A stretch of DNA of 45,515 nucleotides, taken from Beijerinckiaceae bacterium (lineage in GTDB: Bacteria; Pseudomonadota; Gammaproteobacteria; Burkholderiales; Burkholderiaceae_D). This document shows, piece by piece, positions 37,131-45,515 of this stretch. How positions within the stretch are numbered: the stretch's first letter is position 1; each line of letters opens with the position of its first letter. Both the position numbers and the translations under genes were made by a program. The stretch covers positions 1 to 45,515 of the forward strand of contig CAZZWS010000004.1 in assembly GCA_964657795.1 (NCBI GenBank). The letters are read 5' to 3'. Below the pieces are notes generated by a model that made no database searches, was not told the DNA's origin, and saw only the letters and a list, made by a program, of their open reading frames with translations.

Positions 37131-38819
37131 TCAATCGTCGAGCAGCATCGACGGCGTGATGATCATCGGGTCCGCCTTCAGCGCGATCAACGCCGGCAGC
37201 GACGTGTGCGCGATGAAGGTCAGCGCGCGATCGAGCGCGACCGCGAACTCGTCGGTCCTCGTCACGTTGATGCCGAGCGCGCCGTGACTCGCGGCCAGCA
37301 CCGCGAAGTCCGGGTTCGACAGGACGGTGCCCGAGACGCGTCCCGGAAAGTGCTTCCGCTGATGCATGCGGATCGTGCCGTACATGCCGTTGTCGACGAC
37401 GATGAACAGCACGCCCGCTGTTTCCTTGACGGCCGTCGCCAGCTCTTGCCCGGTCATCAGGAAGTCGCCGTCACCGGCCAGCACCACCACCGCCCGCGAC
37501 GGGTCGACGATGCGGGCCGCGATGCCCGCGGGCACGCCGTAACCCATCGCGCCGGACGTCGGCGCGAGCTGCGTCCTGAAGCCCGGGTAGCGGCGATAGC
37601 GATGCCCCCACGACGCGAAGTTGCCGGCGCCGTTGGCGAGCAGCCAGTCGGGCGGCAGGCGCTGGTCGAGTTGCCGCATCACCTGCCACAGGTTGACGGC
37701 CTCGGGACGATCGGCGAAGACGGCCGGCTCCTGCTGCCATGCTTCGTACGAGCGACGCCGCTCGTCGATCAGCGCGCGGCGGCGTCCGCGCAGGTCGTCG
37801 GCGAGGGTCGTCGGCACGGTGCGCAACGCAGACACCATCGCGTGCACGCCGGCGAGCACCGGCAGCGTCGCCTGGTAGACCCGGCCGTGCTCCTCGGGGT
37901 CGGGATGCACGTGGATCAACGGCTGCCCGGGGACCGGCGCCGTCAGCAGCGTATAGCCGGACGTGGTCATCTCGCCGAGCCGCGGCCCGAACGCGACGAC
38001 GCAGTCGGACCCGCGGATCAGATCGGCCAGCGCGGGGTTGATGCCGATGCCGACGTCGCCGACGTAGTGCGGATGACGATTGTCGAAGACGTCCTGCCAG
38101 CGGAACGCGCAGGCGACCGGCAGCGCGTACGACTCCGCGAAGACCCGCAGATCGGCGCACGCCTCGGCGTTCCAGCCCGGCCCGCCGGCGATGACGATCG
38201 GTCGCTCGGCGGCGTCGACGATCGCGCGGAAGCGCAAAAGGTCCGCACCGGATGGCGATGCCTGCACGGCCCGATACGGACGCGCGTCGGGCACGTCGGC
38301 CAGCGCGTCGAGCATGTCCTCCGGCAAGGCCAGCACGACCGGTCCGGGACGGCCGCCGGTGGCCGTCGCGAAAGCCCGCGCGACGTACTCCGGGACGCGA
38401 TCGGCGCGATCGATCTGCGCGACCCACTTCGTCATCGGACCGAACATGCGGCGGTAGTCGATCTCCTGGAAGGCCTCGCGCTCGACGACGTCGTTGCCGA
38501 CCTGGCCGACGAACAGGATCATCGGCGTCGAGTCCTGGAAGGCCGAGTGCAGGCCGATGGCGGCGTTGCACGCGCCCGGACCACGGGTGACGAACGCGAT
38601 GCCCGGCCTGCCGGTCAGCTTGCCGTCGGCCTCGGCCATGAACGCGCTGCCGGACTCGTGACGATTGACGACGAGCCGGATGCGATCCGCGACGTCGTAG
38701 AGCGCGTCGAGCACCGCGAGATAGCTCTCGCCCGGCACGCAGTAGATGCGCTCGACACCGTGGACGAGCAGTTGATCGACGAGGATGCGGGCGCCGGTGC
38801 GCGGCGTCGTGACGGTCAT
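37131..38819 (-). CDS. Thiamine-diphosphate-dependent enzyme (acetolactate-synthase-like)
   Basis: VPGESYL, RHE, TRGPG, GAMGYG, ThDP motif GDGDFLM...DNGMYGTIR. Start 38819 or GTG 38843. Confidence 0.92.
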   Translation of the reverse strand: MTVTTPRTGARILVDQLLVHGVERIYCVPGESYLAVLDALYDVADRIRLVVNRHESGSAFMAEADGKLTGRPGIAFVTRGPGACNAAIGLHSAFQDSTPMILFVGQVGNDVVEREAFQEIDYRRMFGPMTKWVAQIDRADRVPEYVARAFATATGGRPGPVVLALPEDMLDALADVPDARPYRAVQASPSGADLLRFRAIVDAAERPIVIAGGPGWNAEACADLRVFAESYALPVACAFRWQDVFDNRHPHYVGDVGIGINPALADLIRGSDCVVAFGPRLGEMTTSGYTLLTAPVPGQPLIHVHPDPEEHGRVYQATLPVLAGVHAMVSALRTVPTTLADDLRGRRRALIDERRRSYEAWQQEPAVFADRPEAVNLWQVMRQLDQRLPPDWLLANGAGNFASWGHRYRRYPGFRTQLAPTSGAMGYGVPAGIAARIVDPSRAVVVLAGDGDFLMTGQELATAVKETAGVLFIVVDNGMYGTIRMHQRKHFPGRVSGTVLSNPDFAVLAASHGALGINVTRTDEFAVALDRALTFIAHTSLPALIALKADPMIITPSMLLDD

Positions 38820-38844
38820 CGGCAGGAGATCCTTCGAACTCACT

Positions 38845-38850
38845 TAGAAT
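38845..38850 (+). promoter_or_regulatory. Putative -10 element of rnpB
   Basis: TAGAAT located 6-8 nt upstream of the RNase P RNA P1 helix. Confidence 0.6.
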
Positions 38851-38856
38851 GCAGCC

Positions 38857-39290
38857 GCGAAGCGAGCCAGACAGTCGCTGCCCGTCTGGTACGGGGAGAG
38901 GAAAGTCCGGACTCCACAAAGCAGCGTAGCAGGTAACGCCTGCCCGCCGTGAGGCGCGGATCAGAGCAACAGAGACGAGTCTGGACAAGTAGATCGTTGC
39001 GAAAGCGACGATCTTCAAAGTCTCGATCGAAAGAAAGAGACCGGGTGTCGGTTCGGGTGCGTGCCGCGAGGCACGACCCTGGACGAGGCGCTTCTCGTCC
39101 AGGGTGAAACGGGCAATCTCTACGCGGAGCAACGTCAAATAGGCACGCGTCGACCCTGCTCGGCGAGCGTGCGGGTAGACGGCTTGAGCCGTGTCGTGAG
39201 GCACGGCCTAGAGGAATGACTGTCTGGATGCGACGCGCTCGAAAGGGCGTCGAGCGTCGACACAGAATCCGGCTTATCGGCTCACTTCGC
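38857..39290 (+). ncRNA. rnpB: RNase P RNA (bacterial type A)
   Basis: Universal motifs GAGGAAAGTCCGG, ACAGA(G)A, GGGTGAAA, GGAGCAA and ACAGAATCCGGCTTA; the ends pair (GCGAAGCGAGC / GCTCACTTCGC) as P1. Confidence 0.97.
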
Positions 39291-39321
39291 TTTTTCATTT
39301 TCCGGCGCTCGGTGAGTGCCA

Positions 39322-39404
39322 TGTCATCCCGGCGAAGGCCGGGACCCCATTTGCTTGTTCGCGCCCATGCACGAGCTTGGGTCCCGGCCTTCGCCGGGAT
39401 GACA
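39322..39404. repeat. CGTC-type REP doublet (perfect 26-nt inverted pair)
   Basis: TGTCATCCCGGCGAAGGCCGGGACCC (39322-39347) and its exact reverse complement (39379-39404). Confidence 0.88.
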
Positions 39405-39433
39405 AAAGGGTGGAGCGAGCACGCTGCTTCGTT

Positions 39434-39519
39434 TCGTCGTTCCCGCGGAGGCGCGAACCCAGTGTCGTAGCTCGATTCTCACACCGACGTCGCTGGGATA
39501 CCCGCCTTCGGGGAGCGTC
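39434..39519. repeat. Degenerate CGTC-type REP doublet
   Basis: TCGTCGTTCCCGCGGAGGCGCGAACCCAG ... CTGGGATACCCGCCTTCGGGGAGCGTC; a decayed copy of the unit at 37000. Confidence 0.7.
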
Positions 39520-39568
39520 CAATATGTACGTCCTGCGCTCTTCATCCCTTCGTACAACGAAACAACCC

Positions 39569-40123
39569 ATGCCCCGCAACATCGAAATCAAGGCCCGCGT
39601 TCCCCGCCCCGGCGCTCTCCTCGACGCCGTCATCGACCTCGCCGACCGCGGTCCGACCGTGTTCTCGCAGGACGACACGTTCTTCGCATGCCCCAACGGC
39701 CGGCTCAAGCTGCGCATGTTCTCCGAGCACGAAGGCCAGCTGATCTTCTATCGCCGCGACGACCTGGCCGGCCCCAAGCTGTCCGAATACGTGATGGCCG
39801 CGACCACCGAGCCCGATGCGTTGCGCGGCACGCTGGCGCTCGCCTACGGGGTCGTCGGGCGCGTCAGGAAGACGCGCACGCTGTGCTTCGTCGGGCAGAC
39901 GCGCGTCCATCTCGACGACGTCGAAGGCCTCGGTCATTACATGGAGCTCGAGGTCGTGCTCGAAGACCACCAGACGCCCGAAGACGGCGAGGCGATCGCG
40001 CACGACCTGATGCAGAAGCTGGGCATCGAGTCCGCGCATCTCGAACGTCGCGCCTATGTCGACCTGCTGACCGATCGCACGATGGCGGGTGCGATGTCTT
40101 CGGACGCCGCGGCTAACGGCTAG
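39569..40123 (+). CDS. CYTH-domain protein (class IV adenylate-cyclase-like / triphosphate tunnel enzyme)
   Basis: NIEIKAR (ExExK-type), [28 protein letters not shown]. Confidence 0.9.
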   Translation: MPRNIEIKARVPRPGALLDAVIDLADRGPTVFSQDDTFFACPNGRLKLRMFSEHEGQLIFYRRDDLAGPKLSEYVMAATTEPDALRGTLALAYGVVGRVRKTRTLCFVGQTRVHLDDVEGLGHYMELEVVLEDHQTPEDGEAIAHDLMQKLGIESAHLERRAYVDLLTDRTMAGAMSSDAAANG

Positions 40124-40161
40124 AATGCGCCGCTCGAAAGAGACCGATCACGGGACGCCCG

Positions 40162-40683
40162 ATGAATGACAACGACGCCAACACCAGCAAGCCGACTTCA
40201 CCTCGCGTGTTGACGACGACCATCGTCGTGGTCCTCGTCGTGCTGGCCGCGATGGTGTTCTTCGCGATGCGCCGAAGCCCGGTCGACGCCGCATCGAATA
40301 CGACAACCGTGACGGTCCCGAGCGGCCCGTCCACTCCACAAGGATTGAAGATGACCGATGTCAAGGTAGGTAGCGGCGCCGAGGCCGTCCCCGGCAAGAC
40401 CGTGGTCGTGCACTACACCGGCTGGCTCTATGACGAGGCGGCCGCCGAACACAAGGGCCAGAAGTTCGACAGCTCGCGCGATCGCGGTGATCCGTTCGAC
40501 TTCCCGCTCGGCGCCGGACACGTCATCAAGGGCTGGGACCAGGGCGTCGCGGGCATGAAGGTCGGCGGTCAGCGCACCCTCGTGATCCCGCCCGAGATGG
40601 GCTATGGCGCGCGCGGCGCCGGCGGCGTGATTCCGCCCAACGCGACGCTGGTGTTCGACGTCGAACTGCTCGACGTCAAGTAG
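40162..40683 (+). CDS. FKBP-type peptidyl-prolyl isomerase with an N-terminal membrane anchor
   Basis: [40 protein letters not shown]; hydrophobic [14 protein letters not shown] segment. Confidence 0.93.
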   Translation: MNDNDANTSKPTSPRVLTTTIVVVLVVLAAMVFFAMRRSPVDAASNTTTVTVPSGPSTPQGLKMTDVKVGSGAEAVPGKTVVVHYTGWLYDEAAAEHKGQKFDSSRDRGDPFDFPLGAGHVIKGWDQGVAGMKVGGQRTLVIPPEMGYGARGAGGVIPPNATLVFDVELLDVK

Positions 40684-40714
40684 GTCGCGAGCCTCGTCCG
40701 ACCGCGCCCGGACG

Positions 40715-40933
40715 ATGGGCGACGAAGTCAAGCTCGACCTCGCGGCTGCAGCCGACCGTGCAGGGCTGTCGATCGCGGACCTCCGGCTGCTCGTCGCATC
40801 CGGCGAGATCGCCGGCGACGACGATCGTGTCGCGACGACTGCGATCGTCGCGTGGGTCGAACAGGACCGCGCGACGCGCCGGCAGGCGCTCGAAGCGCTC
40901 GCGGCCGGCATCGGCGACGAGGTCTTCTACTGA
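40715..40933 (+). CDS. Small excisionase-like HTH protein, putative antitoxin
   Basis: AAADRAGLS...LVASGEI HTH pattern and C-terminal RRQALEALA helix; stop overlaps the PIN gene. Confidence 0.6.
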   Translation: MGDEVKLDLAAAADRAGLSIADLRLLVASGEIAGDDDRVATTAIVAWVEQDRATRRQALEALAAGIGDEVFY

Positions 40934-41547
40934 ACCCACCGGTTCCGGTCGTCGTGGATGCCGACGTGCTGTACGGCGGCACGACGCGCGCGCTGCTGCT
41001 GTACCTCGACTTCCACGACGTGATCCGCGTGCACTGGAGCCCGCTGCTGCTCGTCGAGACGCATCGCGCGCTGATCAAGACCGAGCGCCTGACGCGCGAG
41101 GCCGCCGCGCTCGACGAAGCGGCGATGTCCGGTGCAGCCCCGCGCGCTTCGGTGTCGGTCGCCGACGTGCAGCGCAGCTTCCGGAAGGCATGGCCGGGTG
41201 TGCGCGACGCGAAGGACCTGCACGTCGCGGCCACCGCCGTCGCGCTGCTCTCGGCCGGGCGTTACCCCGCGGCGTCGGGCGTGCATCTGATCACGAAGAA
41301 CAGCAAGGACTTCGCGCCGAAGAAGCTCGCGTCGCTCGATGTGCTGCAACGCCATCCCGATGTCTTCCTGCTCGACCTCTGGCAACGCGACGCCGCACGC
41401 ATGGCGGCCGCGTTCGCGATGTTTCGCGGCGACCTGCCGGCGCGGCCCGACGTCGATCGGGTGCTGCACAAGCTCGCGAGCGACGGTCAGCGGAAGACGG
41501 CGACGGCGATGCTCGATGCGCATCGTGCGGGCTTGGTCGCTTTGTGA
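40930..41547 (+). CDS. PIN-domain protein (VapC50-like), putative toxin
   Basis: VVDADVLY, WSPLLLVE, DAKDLHV, ITKNSKDF, HPDVFL. Start unclear (CTG 40930 or GTG 40954). Confidence 0.75.
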   Translation: MNPPVPVVVDADVLYGGTTRALLLYLDFHDVIRVHWSPLLLVETHRALIKTERLTREAAALDEAAMSGAAPRASVSVADVQRSFRKAWPGVRDAKDLHVAATAVALLSAGRYPAASGVHLITKNSKDFAPKKLASLDVLQRHPDVFLLDLWQRDAARMAAAFAMFRGDLPARPDVDRVLHKLASDGQRKTATAMLDAHRAGLVAL

Positions 41548-41635
41548 TCGCTTACTAGCGACGCAGCACCCACCGGCACCCGGTTCAGCGATGCTCGGGA
41601 ACCGCGTCACCTGAAGGATCGATTCGCATTCGATA

Positions 41636-41896
41636 TCACTTGTCGCGCGGGCCGAGAATCTTTTGATCCGGTGACGTCGCCTTCTGCTGGACCGAGTCCT
41701 TGGGCGGCTGTGACTTGGCCTGTTGCACCTTGCCCATCGGTCGCTTGGTGAAGTTGCTCGTCACTTCGCCTTTGTGTTTGTCCTGGACGGATTTCTGGCC
41801 GGCCGGGTCATCGGCTGCCTGGGCCGACACACCGAGGGCCATGTTCAGGACGGCGGCAGCCGCGGCCAGCGCGGGTCCTCTAGACGATCCGGTCAT
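41636..41896 (-). CDS. Small exported low-complexity hypothetical protein
   Basis: AGAGGA RBS before ATG 41896, signal peptide ending SAQA, K/Q-rich mature part. Confidence 0.55.
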   Translation of the reverse strand: MTGSSRGPALAAAAAVLNMALGVSAQAADDPAGQKSVQDKHKGEVTSNFTKRPMGKVQQAKSQPPKDSVQQKATSPDQKILGPRDK

Positions 41897-42497
41897 GTTC
41901 ACGTCCTCTTTTCAGGATGAAGCCGTTGAGAATCTGCAGATGGCGCAACGTTCGCGCTTCGATGTCTTCGGGTGCCGGATCGTCGCTGGCGGAAAGCATG
42001 GAGTCGATGTCGAGCAAGTCGTCGCGATCGTCGCCCTCGAATGTCGTTTCGGTGTCTTCGTCCGTGATGTCGACGTACCACCTGAAATAGGCATCGGCCG
42101 CTGCGATGAACGGGCGGGCCCCCTGTGCGTCGAGAAAATCGTCGACCGTACCGTCGTCGTCGAATCGACCGTTTGGTGGCGGCTCGTACACGCCCCGCGC
42201 ATAGCTCCCCGCCCCACTCGCCGTGATCGTTCGACCCAGCGGGAACAGGCGGCACACCAGAGGGCGGTCGGTGTGCACCGAGCAACCGGTCTGGGCGTCG
42301 AAGAACACGCAACGACCGTCGTCCCGTTGACGCAGATAGGCGCCCTCGTGCGTGTGGGCGTCTCGAAACTCGGACGTCGTCATGCCACGATGCCGCGCGA
42401 GACGGGCGATCTCGTAGGGGTTCAACTGGATCCGCTTGTCGCGGCAGCATTGGCCGCAACGCGTGCATTGGTACGAAAACGCGTCGGTGGCTTGCAT
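41880..42497 (-). CDS. YkgJ family CxxCxxCC cysteine-cluster protein
   Basis: CTRCGQCC, RCVFF, CSVHTDRPLVCRLFP. Confidence 0.85.
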   Translation of the reverse strand: MQATDAFSYQCTRCGQCCRDKRIQLNPYEIARLARHRGMTTSEFRDAHTHEGAYLRQRDDGRCVFFDAQTGCSVHTDRPLVCRLFPLGRTITASGAGSYARGVYEPPPNGRFDDDGTVDDFLDAQGARPFIAAADAYFRWYVDITDEDTETTFEGDDRDDLLDIDSMLSASDDPAPEDIEARTLRHLQILNGFILKRGREHDRIV

Positions 42498-42615
42498 GGC
42501 GTCGCGCTGCTTGGAACGGTCCGTCGAGCATACCCGGCACCATGGGCGGCAGCAACGATTCGTATCGCGTTGCGACCGTCGAGCGGCGTGCGTCCCGCTG
42601 ACGCGTGCGTCATCT

Positions 42616-44175
42616 TCAGGCGACGGCCATGTCGATGCTCTCGATCGCGATGGTCGACTTCCACGCCTTCGGTCCCGTCTCGTGCACCGATGTGCCGGCC
42701 GCATCGACGGCCACCGTGACCGGCATGTCGGTCACGTCGAACTCGTAGATCGCTTCCATGCCGAGGTCCGCGAAGCCCACGACCTTGGCCGTGCGGATCG
42801 CCTTCGACACGAGATAGGCCGCGCCGCCGACGGCCATCAGGTATGCGCTGCGATGCTTGCGGATCGCCTCGATCGCGACCGGCCCGCGCTCGGCCTTGCC
42901 GATCATCGCGATCAGGCCGGTCTCGGCCAGCATCATCTCGGTGAAGCCATCCATCCGGGTCGCGGTGGTCGGTCCCGCCGGGCCGACGGCCTCGTCGCGC
43001 ACCGGGTCGACCGGACCGACGTAATAGATCACGCGATTGGTGAAGTCCACCGGCAACGGCTCGCCCTTCGCGAGCATGTCGGCGATGCGCTTGTGCGCGG
43101 CGTCACGGCCGGTCAGCATCCTGCCGTTGAGCAGCAACGTGTCGCCGGGCTGCCAGCTCGCGACCTCTTCGGCCGTCAGCGTGTCGAGGTTCACGCGCTT
43201 CGATTTCTTCTCGTCCGGGGCCCACTGCACGTCGGGCCACTCGGACAGCGACGGCGGATCGAGGTAGGCGGGACCCGACCCGTCGAGCACGAAGTGCGCG
43301 TGGCGCGTGGCCGCGCAGTTGGGGATCATCGCGACCGGCTTCGACGCGGCGTGCGTGGCATGCATCGCGATCTTGATGTCGAGCACCGTGGTCAGGCCGC
43401 CGAGTCCCTGCGCGCCGATGCCGAGCGCGTTGACCTTCTCGAACAGCTCGATGCGCAGCGCTTCGGTCTTCGTCATCAAGACGCCCGCGGCTTTCTTCTC
43501 CAGCAACTCGTGCATGTCGATGTCGCCCATCAGCGACTCCTTGGCCATCGCCATCGCCTTCTCGGCCGTGCCGCCGATGCCGATGCCGAGCATGCCCGGC
43601 GGACACCAGCCGGCGCCCATCGTCGGCACCGTCTTCAGCACCCAGTCGACGATCGAGTCGGACGGATTCAGCATCACGAACTTGGACTTGTTCTCGGAGC
43701 CGCCCCCCTTGGCCGCGACCGTGATGTCGACCCGGTCGCCCGGCACGACCTCCATGCTGATGACGGCCGGCGTGTTGTCGCCGGTGTTCTTCCGGTCGAA
43801 CTGCGGGTCCGCGACGATCGACGCACGCAGCGTGTTGTCGGGATGCGCGTAGCCGCGCCGCACGCCTTCGTTGACGGCGTCGGCGATGCTGCAGTTGCTT
43901 CCATCATTCGAAGTGAAGCCTTCCCACCGCACGTCCATGCCGATCTTCATGAACACGTTGACGATGCCGGTGTCCTGACACAACGGTCGTTTGCCTTCGG
44001 CGCACATGCGGCTGTTCGTCAGGATCTGCGCGATGGCGTCCTTCGCCGCAGGGCTCTGCTCACGCTCGTACGCGCGCGACAGGTGGCGGATGTAGTCGAC
44101 CGGGTGGTAGTAGCTGATGAACTGGAGAGCGCCTGCGACGGAGTCGATGAGGTCGGCCTGCTTGATGATCGTCAT
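42616..44175 (-). CDS. Class I (Fe-S) fumarate hydratase
   Basis: ALQFISYYHP, CQDTG, KGGGSENK, GAGWCPPG, PNCAATRH, GRDAAH, GPTTATRMD. Confidence 0.95.
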   Translation of the reverse strand: MTIIKQADLIDSVAGALQFISYYHPVDYIRHLSRAYEREQSPAAKDAIAQILTNSRMCAEGKRPLCQDTGIVNVFMKIGMDVRWEGFTSNDGSNCSIADAVNEGVRRGYAHPDNTLRASIVADPQFDRKNTGDNTPAVISMEVVPGDRVDITVAAKGGGSENKSKFVMLNPSDSIVDWVLKTVPTMGAGWCPPGMLGIGIGGTAEKAMAMAKESLMGDIDMHELLEKKAAGVLMTKTEALRIELFEKVNALGIGAQGLGGLTTVLDIKIAMHATHAASKPVAMIPNCAATRHAHFVLDGSGPAYLDPPSLSEWPDVQWAPDEKKSKRVNLDTLTAEEVASWQPGDTLLLNGRMLTGRDAAHKRIADMLAKGEPLPVDFTNRVIYYVGPVDPVRDEAVGPAGPTTATRMDGFTEMMLAETGLIAMIGKAERGPVAIEAIRKHRSAYLMAVGGAAYLVSKAIRTAKVVGFADLGMEAIYEFDVTDMPVTVAVDAAGTSVHETGPKAWKSTIAIESIDMAVA

Positions 44176-44202
44176 GTCGTCACTCGGTGGTTGGTCACGA
44201 AG

Positions 44203-44235
44203 CTCCCTCCCTTCACGGGGAGGGTTGGGGAGGGG
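44203..44235. repeat. Short C/G-run palindromic element
   Basis: CTCCCTCCC-TTCAC-GGGGAGGG followed by TTGGGGAGGGG; resembles a dispersed proteobacterial palindromic repeat. Single copy in this window. Confidence 0.5.
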
Positions 44236-44620
44236 ACGGTTCGGTCGAGATCCGGGTAGCGTGCGACCACACGACCTGCCAGCGGCCGCCACGGCGCTCG
44301 TAGCTGTCGATGTGCCAGCACGCCATTGCGGTTCTCGGATCGTCGATCGGCGGGAACTGCAGTTGCGCCCGGTACCGGATCAACGCGACCTCGCCCCGCA
44401 AACGGACTCCGATGGGACCGGGCTCCCAGGCGAGATAGTGAATGACCCTAGTGCGGATCGCATCGAAATATTCGTCTCGCGTCAGGCAACGACCCAGCGG
44501 CGTCATCAACTGGAAGTCGTCGGCGTGTAGTGGCAGCGCTGCCTCGAAGTCGGCGGCGACCAGTGCCGCCAGACGCCTGCGCTCGACATCACGGACTTCA
44601 TCGGCTTCGTAAGGCGTCAT
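44213..44620 (-). CDS. NTF2-like / DUF4440 family protein
   Basis: ERRRLAALVAAD, LHADDF, YERRGGRWQVVWSHAT. Confidence 0.8.
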   Translation of the reverse strand: MTPYEADEVRDVERRRLAALVAADFEAALPLHADDFQLMTPLGRCLTRDEYFDAIRTRVIHYLAWEPGPIGVRLRGEVALIRYRAQLQFPPIDDPRTAMACWHIDSYERRGGRWQVVWSHATRISTEPSPPQPSP

Positions 44621-44629
44621 GCGCGGCGA

Positions 44630-45262
44630 TCAGTGATTCGTCTCGCTCTTCTCGCCTTTGTAGACGATGCGTTCCGCATAGCCGATCGCGATGGCCGACA
44701 ACAGGAACGCGAGGTGGATGCCGGTCTGCCCGATCAGCGTCTTCGCGTCGTACTGCGACGCGTTGATGAAGGTCTTCAGCAGATGGATCGACGAGATGCC
44801 GATAATGGCCGTGCCGAGCTTGACCTTGAGCACCGACGCGTTGACGTGCGACAGCCATTCGGGCTGGTCGGGATGGTCGTCGAGATCGAGCCGCGCGACG
44901 AAGGTCTCGTAGCCGCCGATGATGACCATGATCAGCAGGTTGGAGATCATCACCACATCGACGAGGCCGAGCACGACCAGCATCACGGTCGCCTCGGACA
45001 ACGTCTTCGCTTCGGGCAATGTCGAACAGTCCACGCCGGCGGCCTGTACCGAACACGTGACCATCTGCACCGCGTGCAGGTCGCCGAACGCCGCCGACAG
45101 CAGATGGCTGAGCTCGACCCAGAACTGCCAGACATAGATGCCCTGCGCAGCGATCAGACCGACGTAGAGCGGCAACTGGAGCCAGCGCGAAGCGAAGACC
45201 ATCCGCGACGTGACGCGACGCGTGGTCGACGAAGTACGGGCGCTTCGACCGGAGGCTTGCAT
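44630..45262 (-). CDS. TIGR00645/UPF0114 (YqhA-like) membrane protein
   Basis: FASRWLQLPLY, DVVMISNLLIMVIIGGYETFV, LKVKL, ISSIHLLKTF. Start 45262 or 45202; TAAAAT on the minus strand at 45307-45312. Confidence 0.9.
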   Translation of the reverse strand: MQASGRSARTSSTTRRVTSRMVFASRWLQLPLYVGLIAAQGIYVWQFWVELSHLLSAAFGDLHAVQMVTCSVQAAGVDCSTLPEAKTLSEATVMLVVLGLVDVVMISNLLIMVIIGGYETFVARLDLDDHPDQPEWLSHVNASVLKVKLGTAIIGISSIHLLKTFINASQYDAKTLIGQTGIHLAFLLSAIAIGYAERIVYKGEKSETNH

Positions 45263-45515
45263 GCGGGAAGGGGGCGCTCGGGGCGAGCCGGGGTGGACGG
45301 GACTGGATTTTACCGCGCCGCAAGATCGCGGTCGCGGCGGCGCCTGCCGTCGAGTTCGCGCATGACAACGACCCTTCGATCGATCGACGACCGCTTCGAC
45401 CTTCGGCCGGCGGCCCGCGCGTCGGCGGTCTCCCGTGCGCCATGCTGACAACGAGCCGCTTCATCGGCGCCTCGCGTTCGACGGGCTCGCCCCGCGCGCG
45501 AAGTGCGCGAAGTGC

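Noticed and set aside
39322-39519. Possible CRISPR array (repeats with ~30-nt spacers)
   Set aside because: The repeats alternate in orientation and vary in sequence, and no cas genes are present; they fit REP doublets.
39569-40123. True adenylate cyclase activity
   Set aside because: The CYTH fold alone does not establish cyclase activity; many members are triphosphatases.

Overview
High-GC bacterial chromosomal segment, most consistent with Betaproteobacteria/Burkholderiales (gene order and the shortened RNase P RNA S-domain). A housekeeping backbone (aspS-nudB-EEP phosphodiesterase-clsB ... TetR-acyl-CoA dehydrogenase ... enoyl-CoA hydratase-thioesterase-Atm1-like ABC ... gltIJKL ... glycerate kinase-pyrC ... 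rnpB-CYTH-FKBP ... class I fumarase-TIGR00645) is interrupted by several small accessory blocks. The main ones are: (1) a complete but split 'ligase-associated DNA damage response' module (MBL exonuclease, ATP-dependent ligase, Lhr-core helicase, PdeM/MPE), with an extra DUF429-like putative nuclease coupled to the ligase and a possibly degenerate GGDEF gene inserted between 10-bp direct repeats; (2) an OhrR regulator paired with an exported catalase-related peroxidase; (3) an apparently frameshifted cell-wall-hydrolase-like gene with an overlapping secreted Cys-rich partner, next to yefM-yoeB; (4) an Ivy-like CxPHDC protein and a pilotin-like protein; (5) an HTH + VapC50-like PIN toxin-antitoxin pair. 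Non-coding features include rnpB with an enlarged P12, three CGTC-type REP doublets, a TetR operator, a YefM operator and an 18-bp intergenic hairpin. I saw no CRISPR array, tRNA, rRNA, transposase or integrase. All calls come from motif recognition by eye; no database search was run. Start codons were adjusted by hand where the ORF track over-extends.
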